Source: Candidatus Micrarchaeia archaeon (GTDB lineage Archaea > Micrarchaeota > Micrarchaeia > Anstonellales > Bilamarchaeaceae). From it: a stretch of DNA of 64,000 bases. A program made the position numbers and the translations under genes. The notes beneath the pieces are model-generated. The model saw only the letters and a list, made by a program, of their open reading frames with translations, searched no databases and had not been told where the DNA came from. Numbering within the stretch: position 1 is the stretch's first letter; every line of letters begins with the position of its first letter. This document shows positions 16,420 to 27,506 of this stretch, one piece after another. Where the stretch lies: NCBI GenBank assembly GCA_050303335.1, contig JBNLBN010000001.1, forward strand, positions 42,239 through 106,238. The letters run 5' to 3'.

Positions 16420-18843
16420 TTACTCCTCAGGAGGCGTCTCCACTTGAGATCCTGCGCCCTTGGGGACGACGGCGAAGGTCGCAACCTTCTCGCCATCTTT
16501 CAGCCGGAATATCCTCACTCCCTGCGTGTTCCTGCCAATAACCGAAATGTCCTTCACGTATGTTCTTATCGCCTGGCCGTTCGAACTCATCAGGATGATC
16601 TCATCGTCATCGTCGACTGCGCGAATTCCTACGACATTGCCGTTCCTTCCCTCGGTCTTGATGTTGATGACACCTGATCCTCCTCTTGCCTGTAGCCTGT
16701 ATTCATCGATAGGAGTCCTTTTTCCGAATCCGTTTTCAGTAATGGTAAGGAGGGTGGGCTTCTTGCACACGGCTATGCCGACTACATTGTCGTCACCCTT
16801 CATCCTGATTCCTATTACTCCCTGGCCGGTTCTTCCGATCTCCCTCGCGTCCTCTTCCTTGAACCTGATCGCCTGGCCTTTCCTGGTTGCAATTATAAGC
16901 TCCTTAGATCCATCTGTCTTGCGGACTTCGTCAAGCCTGTCTCCGTCCTTCAGGGTGATGGCAATGATTCCCCCGCGCCTCACGTTCTTGAAATTCTCGA
17001 GCGCGGTCCTCTTGATTATGCCCTTCCTGGTGCTCATTACGAGGTATTCGCTGCTGTCGAATCTGTCTACAGAAATCCACGAAGTCACCTTCTCGTCCTT
17101 CAGTTCAAGCAGACTGACCAGCGTCTTTCCTGTCGCATACCTGCCGGTTTCCGGAATCTTGTATGCCTTGAGCCAGAACACCCTTCCCTGGTCGGTAAAC
17201 AGCATGAGGTAGTTGTGGTTTTTCGTAACGATAACATCCTGGACGAAATCCTCCTCCTTGGTTTCAGTTCCGATTATTCCCTTTCCGCCCCTGTGCTGTG
17301 CGCGGTACTCGTCAAGCCCGACCCTCTTCACATAGCCCCTGCTGGTTATCGCGATGACCACATCATCATTCGGTATGAGGTCCTCTATGTCAGTGTCCTC
17401 TTCGGAATCGCTGATCTCGGTCCGCCTCTCGTCATTGTATCTCTCCCTTATCTCGTTCAGTTCGTTCTTGATGATCTCAAGCACCTTGTTGATGTCTGAA
17501 AGCACGCTCTGGAGCCATTCGATCTTCTTCATGAGTTCTCCATATTCGTTCTCTATCTTCTCCCGTTCAAGTGCAATCAGTTTCGAGAGCTTCATATCAA
17601 GTATGGCATTTGCCTGGATTTCGCTCAGGCTGTAATTTTCCATCAACCCTGCTCTTGCCTCTGCAATGTCCTTGGATTTGCGCAGGAATTCCACTATCGG
17701 ATCTATGTTCTCAAGCGCTATCCTCAGTCCTTCGAGCACGTGTGCACGCGCCTCGGCTTCCTTCAATTCGTACTGGCATCTTTTTGTTACGATCTCCTTC
17801 CTGAATTCTATGAACTCATTTATCATGTCATACAATCCAAGTATCTTGGGTTCTTTGCCTACGATCGACAGATTGATGATGCCGAATGTCGTCTGGAGCG
17901 ATGTGTGAGCGTATAGCTGGTTTATCAGGACATCGTAATCATGGCCCTTCTTTACATCCAGTATTATCTCCATTCCCTGCTTGTCCGACCTGTCGTGGAT
18001 TCCTGAGATTCCCTCGATTTTCTTGTTCTTGACTGCGGCAACGATGGAATCAATGACGCTCGTTTTGGTTACCTGGTATGGGATCTCAGTGATTATGATC
18101 GCTTTCTTTCCTTCGTCCTTGCCTACTTTTCCCCTGAGCCTGATGGTTCCCCTTCCGCTCTTGTAAGCCTTGTAGATTCCTGATCTTCCGCAGATTATGC
18201 CTCCTGTCGGAAAGTCCGGCCCTTTAACGATGTTCAGCAGCTCGTCTTCGTCCTTGCCGTCAATGAGCGCTATCGTTCCGTCGATTATCTCTCCGATGTT
18301 ATGTGGTGGGATGTTAGTAGCCATTCCGACCGCGATTCCTGATGATCCGTTGATAAGAAGATTCGGTATCTTCGATGGAAGATATAGCGGCTCCTTCAAT
18401 GTGCCATCGAAATTCTCTCCCCATTCCACTGTCTCCTTGTCAAGGTCGGACATGATCTCTGCTGCAAGCTTTGCCATCCTGACCTCCGTGTACCTCATGG
18501 CTGCCGGGCTGTCTCCGTCGACCGATCCCATGTTTCCCTGACCGTCAACAAGCGTGTACCTGAGCGAGAATGTCTGCGCCATCCTGACAAGCGCATCATA
18601 AATGGCACTGTCGCCATGTGGATGGTACTTACCGAGCGTTTCACCGACAACCCTCGCACTTTTCTTATGGGGCTTCCCGTAAACATTCCCCAGTTCATGC
18701 ATTGAGTAAAGGATTCTCCTGTGAACCGGCTTGAGGCCGTCCCTCACGTCCGGAATGGCGCGGCCGATGATTACCGACATCGCGTAGTCAAGGTAGCTAT
18801 CCCTCATATCCTTTTCAATTGGTATATTGACGATCTTTTCCAT
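16420..18843 (-). CDS. gyrA: DNA gyrase subunit A
   Basis: 807 aa. It has an AAMRYTE active-site Tyr motif and the C-terminal GyrA beta-pinwheel repeats. Confidence 0.85.
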   Translation of the reverse strand: MEKIVNIPIEKDMRDSYLDYAMSVIIGRAIPDVRDGLKPVHRRILYSMHELGNVYGKPHKKSARVVGETLGKYHPHGDSAIYDALVRMAQTFSLRYTLVDGQGNMGSVDGDSPAAMRYTEVRMAKLAAEIMSDLDKETVEWGENFDGTLKEPLYLPSKIPNLLINGSSGIAVGMATNIPPHNIGEIIDGTIALIDGKDEDELLNIVKGPDFPTGGIICGRSGIYKAYKSGRGTIRLRGKVGKDEGKKAIIITEIPYQVTKTSVIDSIVAAVKNKKIEGISGIHDRSDKQGMEIILDVKKGHDYDVLINQLYAHTSLQTTFGIINLSIVGKEPKILGLYDMINEFIEFRKEIVTKRCQYELKEAEARAHVLEGLRIALENIDPIVEFLRKSKDIAEARAGLMENYSLSEIQANAILDMKLSKLIALEREKIENEYGELMKKIEWLQSVLSDINKVLEIIKNELNEIRERYNDERRTEISDSEEDTDIEDLIPNDDVVIAITSRGYVKRVGLDEYRAQHRGGKGIIGTETKEEDFVQDVIVTKNHNYLMLFTDQGRVFWLKAYKIPETGRYATGKTLVSLLELKDEKVTSWISVDRFDSSEYLVMSTRKGIIKRTALENFKNVRRGGIIAITLKDGDRLDEVRKTDGSKELIIATRKGQAIRFKEEDAREIGRTGQGVIGIRMKGDDNVVGIAVCKKPTLLTITENGFGKRTPIDEYRLQARGGSGVINIKTEGRNGNVVGIRAVDDDDEIILMSSNGQAIRTYVKDISVIGRNTQGVRIFRLKDGEKVATFAVVPKGAGSQVETPPEE

Positions 18844-18845
18844 TT

Positions 18846-20726
18846 TTACACATCCAGGTTCTTGACATAAACTGCGTTCTTTTCTATGAATTCGCGCCTC
18901 GGTTCAACCGCGTCCCCCATGAGGATCGAGAACAGTTCGTCTGCAACCATCGCATCCTCTATGGTCACTCTCTTCAATGTCCTTGTTTCCGGATCCATGG
19001 TGGTCTCCCACAGCTGCCCGGCGTTCATCTCTCCGAGACCCTTGTATCTCTGTATTCCGGCATTCCCTCCGATTTCTGTAAGGACTTCCTGGAGCTGAGC
19101 GTCGGTGTATGCATAGTTTATCTGCTTTCCCTTCTGGATCTTGTAGAGCGGAGGCTGTGCAATGTATAGGTAGCCCCTTTCTATTACATCCTTGAAATAC
19201 CTGTAGAACAGGGTGAGGATAAGTGTCCTGATATGCGAACCGTCCACATCCGCATCGGTCATGATTACAATCTTATGGTACCTGATCTTTGAAATGTCGA
19301 ACTCGTCCTTGAAACCTCCTCCTAGGGCCAGCACCATATTCTTGATCTCCTCGCTTGCAAGCACCCTGTGCATGGGCGCCTTCTCGACATTCAGGATTTT
19401 CCCCCGAAGCGGGAGTATTGCCTGGTAGCTCCTGTCCCTTGCCTGCTTGGATGTTCCGCCTGCCGAATCCCCCTCAACAATGTAGAGCTCTGCCTTTGAC
19501 GGATCCTGCTCGCTGCAGTCTGCAAGCTTTCCTGGAAGAAGGCTGCTTTCAAATACGTTCTTCCTCCTGATAAGGTCCTTCGCTTTTTGCGCAGCTTCCC
19601 TTGCTTCCATCGAGTTAACGATCTTTGCGCAGATGTTCTTCGCGTCGTCGGGGTGCTCTTCAAGGTATGTCTTGAACGTTTCGTATACCATGCTGTCGAC
19701 AGCCCCCCTAACCTCGCTGTTTCCAAGTTTCGTCTTGGTCTGTCCTTCGAACTGGGGCTCCTGGACCCTTGCGCTGATTACAGCCGTAAGGCCCTCCATT
19801 ATGTCGTCCCCAGTGATCTTCTTGTCCTCCTTCACAACCCTGTTCTGCTTGACATAGTCGTTGATGACCCTTGTCAGTGCGGTCCGGAATCCTGTCAGGT
19901 GCGTTCCGCCTTCGATAGTCTTGATGTTGTTTACGAAACTGTAGATCATGGGACTGAAGCTGTCCGTGAACTGCATCGCAACCTCTATTTCGACGTCATT
20001 CGAGATCTTCTCAAAATAGTATGCCTCATGCAGCTTGTTCCTTGCCTTGTTGAGATGTGATACGAACTCCTTGATTCCCCCCTCAAAGAAGAATTCCTCC
20101 CTTCTGTCATTCCTCTCGTCACTTATCACTATCCTTAGGCCCTTGTTCAGGAAGGCGAGTTCCATCAGCCTTTCCTTCAAATAATCATATTCAAATTCCG
20201 TCTTCTCGAAAATCTGCGCGTCCGGCTTGAACCTGACGTAAGTGCCATGCGAATCACTATCCTGCTTCACCTGCATGGGCTCGGTCATCTTTCCCCTGCT
20301 GTAACCGATTGTATGTACCTTCCCGTCCCTGTGTACCTCGATCGTCATCCATTCCGAAAGCGCGTTGACGACGCTCATCCCAACCCCGTGGAGTCCTCCG
20401 GATACCTTATATGCCTTTTTTCCGAATTTCCCGCCTGCGTGGAGGGAACTTGAAACCAGCTCCAGAGCCGATTTTCCGCTTGCGTGCTTGTCGACAGGGA
20501 TTCCCCTTCCGTTGTCCCTGACCTCCGCCCAGCCGTCCTTTCCGAGGGTAAGTTCTATCCTGTCACAGTAGTTTGCAAGGGCTTCGTCGATACTGTTGTC
20601 GATTATTTCGTAAATAAGATGGTGCAGTCCCCTTTTGCTGGTATCACCAATGTACATACCCGGCCTTCTTCTAACACCTTCAAGACCCTCTAAAACTTGT
20701 ATTTCCTTTGCTGTGTATTCATCCAT
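18846..20726 (-). CDS. gyrB: DNA gyrase subunit B
   Basis: 626 aa with GHKL ATPase motifs ([16 protein letters not shown]), a toprim EGDSAGG and a [12 protein letters not shown] motif. Confidence 0.85.
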   Translation of the reverse strand: MDEYTAKEIQVLEGLEGVRRRPGMYIGDTSKRGLHHLIYEIIDNSIDEALANYCDRIELTLGKDGWAEVRDNGRGIPVDKHASGKSALELVSSSLHAGGKFGKKAYKVSGGLHGVGMSVVNALSEWMTIEVHRDGKVHTIGYSRGKMTEPMQVKQDSDSHGTYVRFKPDAQIFEKTEFEYDYLKERLMELAFLNKGLRIVISDERNDRREEFFFEGGIKEFVSHLNKARNKLHEAYYFEKISNDVEIEVAMQFTDSFSPMIYSFVNNIKTIEGGTHLTGFRTALTRVINDYVKQNRVVKEDKKITGDDIMEGLTAVISARVQEPQFEGQTKTKLGNSEVRGAVDSMVYETFKTYLEEHPDDAKNICAKIVNSMEAREAAQKAKDLIRRKNVFESSLLPGKLADCSEQDPSKAELYIVEGDSAGGTSKQARDRSYQAILPLRGKILNVEKAPMHRVLASEEIKNMVLALGGGFKDEFDISKIRYHKIVIMTDADVDGSHIRTLILTLFYRYFKDVIERGYLYIAQPPLYKIQKGKQINYAYTDAQLQEVLTEIGGNAGIQRYKGLGEMNAGQLWETTMDPETRTLKRVTIEDAMVADELFSILMGDAVEPRREFIEKNAVYVKNLDV

Positions 20727-20809
20727 GTTAAAACCATTAGTATTTTTGTCAATTTTACGTCGGGAAAATAGACCTAAAAATTAATGTTGAAGAGTCTTTA
20801 AATTCGTTT

Positions 20810-23038
20810 TCATTGGTCGATTATTTTCATCTTCGCCTTCCACTTCTCAATGGCCTCGTTGAACCTCTCCTTCCTGACAAAAAGGACCGATTCGCTTGCC
20901 TTCCCCTTCATGTACACTATGACCTTTGAGTTGCCCTGGCAAACAAAACTCTGCGGGTCGTGCTGCCCCAGTTTCTTTGCAAGGCTCTTGATGTAATTCC
21001 TCAGTTTCAGCGCAAGCGCCTTCTTAACCGTTCCGCTTCCCTCGCTGAATTCCGACATCTCAATCTTGTCATGCCTGATTACCAGTATTCCTTCGACAAG
21101 GTCCTTGACAATCAGGCCGTGGATGATATTGTCTACCGAGACCGTCTTTCTCTTCAACCCGTCATGGTCGAGCGAGACATCTTCGTGTTCTGTCGCGTAT
21201 TTGTTCAGTGCCCAGATGCGAAGTGATGCCGGTATCGTCATGAGGGATGCTGAGTAGACCTCATTCTGTTCGTCCAGAATCTTGGTGATGCTGTCCGACC
21301 ATGCCGGCCAGTTGGTATCTGCTGATGCCTTCTTTTCATTCAGGCTCTTGATCGCGCCTTCAACCGATGCAAGGTTGTCATCGATTACTGATTTGGTCTG
21401 TGCAGTGATCTTGGAGGAGAGCTTCTTCACGTCAAGCCCCTTTGCAGATGTGAGGATATCGTATTCCCTGCTGAATTCGAAATTTTCCTTTGTGTACTGG
21501 TTGATAAGATCAGCCAGTTCCTGAATCTTCTCCTCGAGCTTTGCAGCCTTTGCCATGTACATATCCTTCTCATGCCTGATGACCATACCGTATGCGCGCT
21601 CGAGTATGGTGATCTTCGTCAGGTTCTCGAATGCAAGGTAAAGCATGAGTATTCCGATCGCGCTGAGCCCGAATCCGAGTATTCCCAGTTCGCTCTTTAT
21701 AAGTGTTTCAAACGTTTCCGTGATCGGAGGAATCGTGGTGGGCTGGTCGCTCAGGAATTCGCTTACATAGAATCCGATTGCAAGGAAGACGATCGCGATC
21801 ACTATGTCGCTCTTCCATGTGACTGCCGTTCTTCCGAATGCCCTCCTGAATCCTGCAGTAAATGTAGCCCCTGCCGCCCTCTCGCTGACCAGTACGAATG
21901 CAAGGATTATGATGTTGTAGATCAGGAGCAGTATCGCGATTGTGATTCCGATTGCGAATCCAAGTGAGAGGAAATAGTTGCCCAAAATTGACTGTACGAT
22001 GTCGAAAATAGCTGAAGTGAGGAAGAATCCCCCGAGGCCTATATTCGAGGTCCTGATTTCAGGCCTTTCAATGGCGTTCAGCAGTTCCTCAGGAGGCTTG
22101 TTTGAGCTGAATTCATAGCCCACCATATATCCGTTCTTGTTAGGCATCCTGGAATTCCAGACTATTACCGTATCGGCATTCTTTGTTACGTCTATCTTCT
22201 GTATGGAGAATACGTCATCCGGCTCAATGAATCGCACATGGTCCGTGATTCCGGCGGATATCAGTTCTGTTCCCTCTTCGGACTGCGGACTCATGAGGAT
22301 CACTACTGTGTACTCATAGCCTTCAACCGAAGTACTGTATTCCCCGAGTTTCTTGGCAGCACTTATTGCGTATTGCGTTCCGAAATCGCTGTATGAACAA
22401 AGGTTGAGGTTGTTATAGAGGGGGTTGGAATTGATGCTCGAGACCCTCGAAACCATGTCCCTCGTTATCTGGAGGAACTCATTCTTCTCTTCGATGCTCT
22501 GGTTCCTTAGCCCAAGGACCATCCTCCTTGAATCAAGAATCAATGACCTCAATTCGGTGTTATCCTGGACGTATGTGATCATCGAGTCTGTCAGCACTTC
22601 GTCAAAGTCCTCTGCTATCGACCTGCATCTTGTTGTGGAAGAGCAAAGCCTGCTGCATGTTGTGATGTCCGAGCAGACGACGTTCAATATACCTATGTTC
22701 TTGCTGCATGCCGCATCTGCCTGGATCCTGGACTGGGAGAACTCGTCAAGGTCTGAATCCGCAAAAAGCAGGTCCACGTCAGTAAGATTACTGTCCAGCG
22801 CAGTATACTCTGCCCTGGTTTTTGTCGAGACGGTGACAAACCTCTGGACCTTCATGTTCCCCGCTTCGAAGGGGGAATATGTTATTGCCACATAATCGCT
22901 GATCCCGTCCCCATCAATATCCTCTGATACTGTATTCATGACATTCTCGTTTCCAAGCCCGGAATAATTAGAGTCTTCTATGCATCCGAACGCGACAAGG
23001 AATATTAATAACAGATATATTGCACGCATGTGAAACAT
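20810..23038 (-). CDS. Large hypothetical membrane protein with an N-terminal signal/lipobox, an ~370-aa extracellular domain, 3-4 TM helices and an ~300-aa cytoplasmic coiled-coil tail
   Basis: 742 aa. AFGCIEDS lipobox-like N-terminus, hydrophobic segments around residues 380-470, and a heptad-rich C-terminal region. I recognise no family. Confidence 0.45.
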   Translation of the reverse strand: MFHMRAIYLLLIFLVAFGCIEDSNYSGLGNENVMNTVSEDIDGDGISDYVAITYSPFEAGNMKVQRFVTVSTKTRAEYTALDSNLTDVDLLFADSDLDEFSQSRIQADAACSKNIGILNVVCSDITTCSRLCSSTTRCRSIAEDFDEVLTDSMITYVQDNTELRSLILDSRRMVLGLRNQSIEEKNEFLQITRDMVSRVSSINSNPLYNNLNLCSYSDFGTQYAISAAKKLGEYSTSVEGYEYTVVILMSPQSEEGTELISAGITDHVRFIEPDDVFSIQKIDVTKNADTVIVWNSRMPNKNGYMVGYEFSSNKPPEELLNAIERPEIRTSNIGLGGFFLTSAIFDIVQSILGNYFLSLGFAIGITIAILLLIYNIIILAFVLVSERAAGATFTAGFRRAFGRTAVTWKSDIVIAIVFLAIGFYVSEFLSDQPTTIPPITETFETLIKSELGILGFGLSAIGILMLYLAFENLTKITILERAYGMVIRHEKDMYMAKAAKLEEKIQELADLINQYTKENFEFSREYDILTSAKGLDVKKLSSKITAQTKSVIDDNLASVEGAIKSLNEKKASADTNWPAWSDSITKILDEQNEVYSASLMTIPASLRIWALNKYATEHEDVSLDHDGLKRKTVSVDNIIHGLIVKDLVEGILVIRHDKIEMSEFSEGSGTVKKALALKLRNYIKSLAKKLGQHDPQSFVCQGNSKVIVYMKGKASESVLFVRKERFNEAIEKWKAKMKIIDQ

Positions 23039-23067
23039 TTATTAGGCTTCTTTTAAAACCTTACCTC

Positions 23068-24294
23068 ATGAAGGAAGTTTTAGCCAAGATCAAGCCCTCA
23101 AAGGAGGAGCTCCAGACAGAGATTAATTTCGCAAACAAGCTGATCGACCACATCAGGATGCACGTCCCGGACAAATGCGAAGTGGTGCTGACAGGCTCGG
23201 TTGCGAAAAAGACGTTCCTGAAGAACAAGAAGGACGTTGACATATTCATTCTTTTCAGCATTGACACACCAAGGGAATCGCTCCAGCCGATAATAAGATC
23301 GATAATGGACAAAGCATTTCCAACCCTCGGCTACCAGCTGAGCTATGCAGAGCATCCCTATGTCCGCTTCCATATCAGCGGCCGGAAAGTCGATCTCGTT
23401 CCAGCCTACAAGATATTGAATGCCAGCGAGAGGGTCAGTGCCGTTGACCGTTCCATCCTCCATACCAAGTTCATCATGAAGAACCTGAAGGAGAAGCAAA
23501 GGGACGAGGTGCTCCTCCTGAAGCAGTTCCTGAAGGCCAATTCCCTTTACGGGGCAGAGATCAAGATCAAGGGCTTCTCAGGCTACCTCTGCGAGCTCCT
23601 GATCGTCCATTACGGGAGCTTCAAAAAGCTCCTGCAGGCGTCAAAAGACTGGGACAGGGTCTTTATAGACATAAAAAAATACCACAAAAAGAAGACTGAT
23701 GCTTTCGGAGATTTTGCGGTTATCGATCCGACCGACAAGGACCGCAACGTTGCAGCAGCCCTAAGTGCCCAGAACATATCGATATTCAGGAAACTTGCAA
23801 GGGCCTACCTGAAAAAGCCCGACAGGAAATACTTCTTCAAGCCGCCCGAATCGTTCGAAAAGAAGATATCAAGGCTCGGCCGGGAAAGAAAGAAGCTCCT
23901 CCTATCCCTTCCGAGGCCTGATGTTGTAGACGACATCCTCTGGGGCCAGCTTTACAAGCTGGTCAAGCAGCTGGAAGCACAGCTCAGGGATTACGAGCCG
24001 AGGATAATAGCAGACGATTCGAGGCACATGGTGCGAATAGCATTCCTTCTCAAACGGGACCGCCTGCCTCCGACAATGCTTGTCGAGGGCCCTCCGCTTT
24101 CAATGAAAACCCATCTTGCAAAATTCAAGAAGGCCCATAAGGATACGGTAACGAAAAAGGGCAAGATCTATGCAAGGGTCAAGCGGCCCGTGACAAAAGC
24201 AGCCGATGCTATAATGGAGTACATGCGGAAATTCAGCGCCACCGATTCGCACCTGGCTTGCCAGGAGGAACTGATAATCCTCGAGAAGCTCTAG
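23068..24294 (+). CDS. cca: Archaeal (class I) CCA-adding tRNA nucleotidyltransferase
   Basis: GSVAKKTFLKNKKDVDIFILF is the polymerase-beta-like nucleotidyltransferase motif of archaeal CCA enzymes. The start is placed at MKEVLAK. Confidence 0.75.
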   Translation: MKEVLAKIKPSKEELQTEINFANKLIDHIRMHVPDKCEVVLTGSVAKKTFLKNKKDVDIFILFSIDTPRESLQPIIRSIMDKAFPTLGYQLSYAEHPYVRFHISGRKVDLVPAYKILNASERVSAVDRSILHTKFIMKNLKEKQRDEVLLLKQFLKANSLYGAEIKIKGFSGYLCELLIVHYGSFKKLLQASKDWDRVFIDIKKYHKKKTDAFGDFAVIDPTDKDRNVAAALSAQNISIFRKLARAYLKKPDRKYFFKPPESFEKKISRLGRERKKLLLSLPRPDVVDDILWGQLYKLVKQLEAQLRDYEPRIIADDSRHMVRIAFLLKRDRLPPTMLVEGPPLSMKTHLAKFKKAHKDTVTKKGKIYARVKRPVTKAADAIMEYMRKFSATDSHLACQEELIILEKL

Positions 24295-25529
24295 ATCTCG
24301 ATGACGTCGCCGCCCTTCGGGGCGATAGCGTCGTATCCGAAGTTCTCGTTCAGTTCCTGTGCAAACCCGGCAGTACTGTCCCCATGGATCAGCACTATCT
24401 TTTCAGGGTTGGCGTGCTTGATGAAATTCAGCAGGTCAGCACGTCCTGCATGCGCCGAGAAGTCAAGGTATTCCCATGGTATGTCCACGTGGAGCTCCTC
24501 CCCGTCCTTGATTATGTAGCCCTCGTTCTGGAGATACCAGCCATTCGTTTCCTCCACGCAGTATCCCGTGAAGCAGAGCTTCGACTGTGCGTTGGAATGG
24601 AACAGGTAATTGAGAATAGGGCCGCCGTTCATCATTCCGGCGCTCGATATGATAATTGAAGGTTCCCTGGTTGCCGCCTTCTTGTCAGGTATCCCCTCGA
24701 CCATCCTTACATTACGCACGGCATCCCTGAATCCACGCGGATCCCTAAGGTATTTCGGATGGCTCTGGTAGATCCTTGTAACCTCCCGTCCCATGCCGTC
24801 TACATAGACCGGAATCTCCTGATCATAGTTCCTGATTGTCGCGATCAGTTCCTGGGTTCTCCCAACCGCGAAAGAGGGAAGCAGGAAGTTTCCGCCATTG
24901 TCTATTGTTTCATATATATGGTCCATAAGAGTCTCGTCCAGTTCCTTCCTGTCCGGATGCTCCCTGTTGGCATATGTGCTTTCTATTACAAGGACATCGA
25001 CGTCTTCATAGAACCCCGCTCCGCTGTGCATGAACGTATCCTGTCCCTTGAAGTCTCCAGTGTAAAAAACCCTCTTGCCTTGGAACTCTATATCCACCAT
25101 TGACGATCCTGCGATATGCCCTGCATCATGAAGGACCACTCCCGTTTCTCCGAATGACCTGGGCTGCTCGTAGAGGATTGGATCCCATCTCTTGAATGAC
25201 CTCTTGAAGTCTGCAAGGTTGTATGGAAGCCCGTCCCCCATTATCTTCATCGAGTCCTTCCAGAGCAGTTCCACTATGTCCTTTGTTGGAGGGGTCGAAT
25301 ACCATCTCATATTCCTGTGCTTGAAAAGGGAAGGCACACATCCGCTGTGGTCGAGGTGTGCATGAGTAAGTATCGCGAGATCAGGTTCGTTCCCCTTGAT
25401 CGGGAATTTGGCCGATCCGCTCTCATCGAATAGTTTTATTCCGTAATCTAGCATGATTTTTTTGTCGGTGTGGAGAAGGAAGGCGCTTCTTCCGACTTCC
25501 CCTGAGGCTCCTAAACATTCAATCTTCAT
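24291..25529 (-). CDS. Metallo-beta-lactamase / beta-CASP family ribonuclease (aCPSF-like)
   Basis: HAHLDHSG motif (HxHxDH). 412 aa, the beta-CASP size range. Confidence 0.7.
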   Translation of the reverse strand: MKIECLGASGEVGRSAFLLHTDKKIMLDYGIKLFDESGSAKFPIKGNEPDLAILTHAHLDHSGCVPSLFKHRNMRWYSTPPTKDIVELLWKDSMKIMGDGLPYNLADFKRSFKRWDPILYEQPRSFGETGVVLHDAGHIAGSSMVDIEFQGKRVFYTGDFKGQDTFMHSGAGFYEDVDVLVIESTYANREHPDRKELDETLMDHIYETIDNGGNFLLPSFAVGRTQELIATIRNYDQEIPVYVDGMGREVTRIYQSHPKYLRDPRGFRDAVRNVRMVEGIPDKKAATREPSIIISSAGMMNGGPILNYLFHSNAQSKLCFTGYCVEETNGWYLQNEGYIIKDGEELHVDIPWEYLDFSAHAGRADLLNFIKHANPEKIVLIHGDSTAGFAQELNENFGYDAIAPKGGDVIEI

Positions 25530-25580
25530 CTTTTTACCTTAACATACAATAATTATAAACTTCTTCTTCAATTCTATTCC

Positions 25581-25961
25581 ATGCGAAATGATTCGGTCGT
25601 AACCAACCTTATGAACATGCTTTCTTTTCTGGCAATCCTGTATGCCGTATCAGTTCCTTTCTACATGCATTTCGAGGGCTGGAGGCTTATCGATGCAGTA
25701 TATTTCACCACAATGACAATTACGACCGTCGGATTCGGGGACATTGTCCCTGAAACCGACATCTCAAAAATATACACCATGTTCCTTGCCTTTGCAGGAA
25801 TATCAGTGCTGTTCTACCACATAACCCACATCGGGCAGTTCAGGGAAAGGGCGATAGATCCGCATGTAAAGTCGCAGATCAACATGCTCAGGAACCTCAC
25901 GCACATTTACGGGGTCAAGAAAAGGGACATAACGAAGATCAAAAAGAAGATGGAAAAATGA
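25581..25961 (+). CDS. Minimal two-TM potassium channel
   Basis: 126 aa with a TTVGFGD selectivity-filter signature flanked by two hydrophobic helices. Confidence 0.7.
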   Translation: MRNDSVVTNLMNMLSFLAILYAVSVPFYMHFEGWRLIDAVYFTTMTITTVGFGDIVPETDISKIYTMFLAFAGISVLFYHITHIGQFRERAIDPHVKSQINMLRNLTHIYGVKKRDITKIKKKMEK

Positions 25962-26599
25962 AATTCGACAGGAATCCATTCAGCAGGATACACCAGTCCC
26001 TGATAAGGGATACCCCCATCGCCCTCGTCGGACTAGGGGGGATCGGCGGCTTCGCATTCGAGAACCTCCTCCGCCTCGGAGCCGAAAATCTCATCGTTTT
26101 CGACAATGACCGGTTCGAACTCACTAACTTCAACCGGCAGGTGCTTTCAACAGATTCGACTCTGGACCGCACCAAGACGTCCGCTGCAAGGGCCCGCGCA
26201 AGGAAAATCAACGGGAACGCAAAAGTCCGGGCCTACAGGAGTTTCCGGTCGCTGGATGAAAAAATCATCATCGACGCCACCGACAATCTTGAAACAAGGA
26301 TTGCCCTCTCCAGGATTGCAAGAAATGAAAGGATTCCCTATGTCTTTGCATCGGCAAACGATTCCAGGGGGATCGTCTCGCTTTTTACTGATTACGAATT
26401 TGAAAAGGCTTTCCAGGTCGCTGGCAAGCAGACTGGAAAATGCTCCACAATCACATGCCCTGCGGCCGCGGTTTCCGGATCCATTGCAGCATCCCAGGCT
26501 GTAAACCATATTATCGGAAAGCCGGTGATAAAGGCGCCAAAGGCCCTCTTTTTCGACCTTGAGAGGCCGGATCCGTTTTGGATGGTGGATCTGGAATGA
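25958..26599 (+). CDS. Compact E1-like ThiF/MoeB/HesA-family adenylyltransferase
   Basis: GLGGIGG nucleotide-binding loop, NFNRQ motif, DATDN, and a CSTITCP cysteine pair. Only 213 aa. ATGA overlaps at both ends. Confidence 0.7.
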   Translation: MKFDRNPFSRIHQSLIRDTPIALVGLGGIGGFAFENLLRLGAENLIVFDNDRFELTNFNRQVLSTDSTLDRTKTSAARARARKINGNAKVRAYRSFRSLDEKIIIDATDNLETRIALSRIARNERIPYVFASANDSRGIVSLFTDYEFEKAFQVAGKQTGKCSTITCPAAAVSGSIAASQAVNHIIGKPVIKAPKALFFDLERPDPFWMVDLE

Positions 26600-26865
26600 A
26601 ATACTATGTGCTCGAGCCGTGCAAGAGCTCGAACGGATTCGAGATCAAGTTCCAGGCAAAGATTGACCTTGATAGGTCGGCAGAAGTATTCGAGCCTGTT
26701 TCAAGGTCACTCGTGGTGCTCCTTGCAAAGTTCGGGGATTACACTCTGAGCATATATTCAAGCGGCAGAATTATGATAAAATCGGACAAGCGCATGGACC
26801 GGAAAGATGTAGAACATGCGGCAGAAGAAATTACTGCGAAACTGGAGGAGGGAAATGCAATATGA
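26596..26865 (+). CDS. Single-repeat TBP-fold protein (half-TBP-like)
   Basis: My alignment to the TBP repeat consensus: FEIKFQAKIDLDR...TLSIYSSGRIMIKSDKRMDRKDVEHAAEEITAKL against (I)VASVDLxxxLDL...ALLIFSSGKxVxTGAKSxxDxxxAxxKxxxxL. This is recalled similarity, not a search result. Confidence 0.5.
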   Translation: MKYYVLEPCKSSNGFEIKFQAKIDLDRSAEVFEPVSRSLVVLLAKFGDYTLSIYSSGRIMIKSDKRMDRKDVEHAAEEITAKLEEGNAI

Positions 26866-27506
26866 AAATCGACCTTCATGTCCATACCGAAAGCTCGATC
26901 GACTCGATAATCAAGATCGATGACCTTGCAAAAAAATCAAAGAGCCTCGGGATCATCCCTGCAATAACAGACCACAATAACATCAGGTCCCACGAAAGGT
27001 TCAGGAAGCTTGGCACGCCATTCATTCCCGGAGAGGAAATACGAACAGACCGCGGCGACCTGATAGCCCTGTTCATCAATGAGAATATACCAAAGGGAAC
27101 CGGGTTTGCCGAGAGCCTTGACATGATAAAGGTGCAGGGCGCACTATCCTATCTTCCTCATATGTACGACCTGACGAGGGCCGGAGCGATTCCGGAAAAA
27201 GGAGAAATAAACAAGATCGATATAATTGAGACTTTCAATGCAAGGACGCTTGACAAGAACATGAACCTTAAGGCCATGGACTTTGCGAAAAAACATTCGC
27301 TTCTCCAGGGAGTCGGATCCGACAGCCATTTCCTTTTCGAGTTTGGCTCTACCTATAATATCATGCCTGATTTTGACCTCGGCGACCCTAAAGATTTTTT
27401 AAGGTCAATGGCAAAGTCCAGCTATCAAAAGACAAGTGCGCCATTTTATGTGAGGGGGACCACGACAATGGTAAAATTCATGAGGAGGATCAATGGATCC
27501 GGTTGA
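26862..27506 (+). CDS. PHP-domain phosphoesterase
   Basis: MKIDLHVHTESS is the N-terminal His motif of the PHP fold. There are later His/Asp positions (ITDHNN, GSDSH). Confidence 0.7.
   Translation: MKIDLHVHTESSIDSIIKIDDLAKKSKSLGIIPAITDHNNIRSHERFRKLGTPFIPGEEIRTDRGDLIALFINENIPKGTGFAESLDMIKVQGALSYLPHMYDLTRAGAIPEKGEINKIDIIETFNARTLDKNMNLKAMDFAKKHSLLQGVGSDSHFLFEFGSTYNIMPDFDLGDPKDFLRSMAKSSYQKTSAPFYVRGTTTMVKFMRRINGSG

Noticed and set aside
16460-20693. Numerous 60-250-aa ORFs on the + strand across gyrA/gyrB, for example 16460..17212, 18197..18541 and 19587..20060.
   Set aside because: These are shadow ORFs antisense to long, motif-rich gyrase genes. Their Ser/Leu/Pro-rich, low-complexity translations are typical of non-coding frames.
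26578-26595. The ORF-track start of the half-TBP gene at 26578 (MDGGSGMKYY...).
   Set aside because: Position 26578 is not an ATG; the track start is an alternative start codon. The ATG at 26596 forms an ATGA overlap with the E1-like gene's stop, the same arrangement as the two neighbouring gene junctions, so 26596 is preferred.
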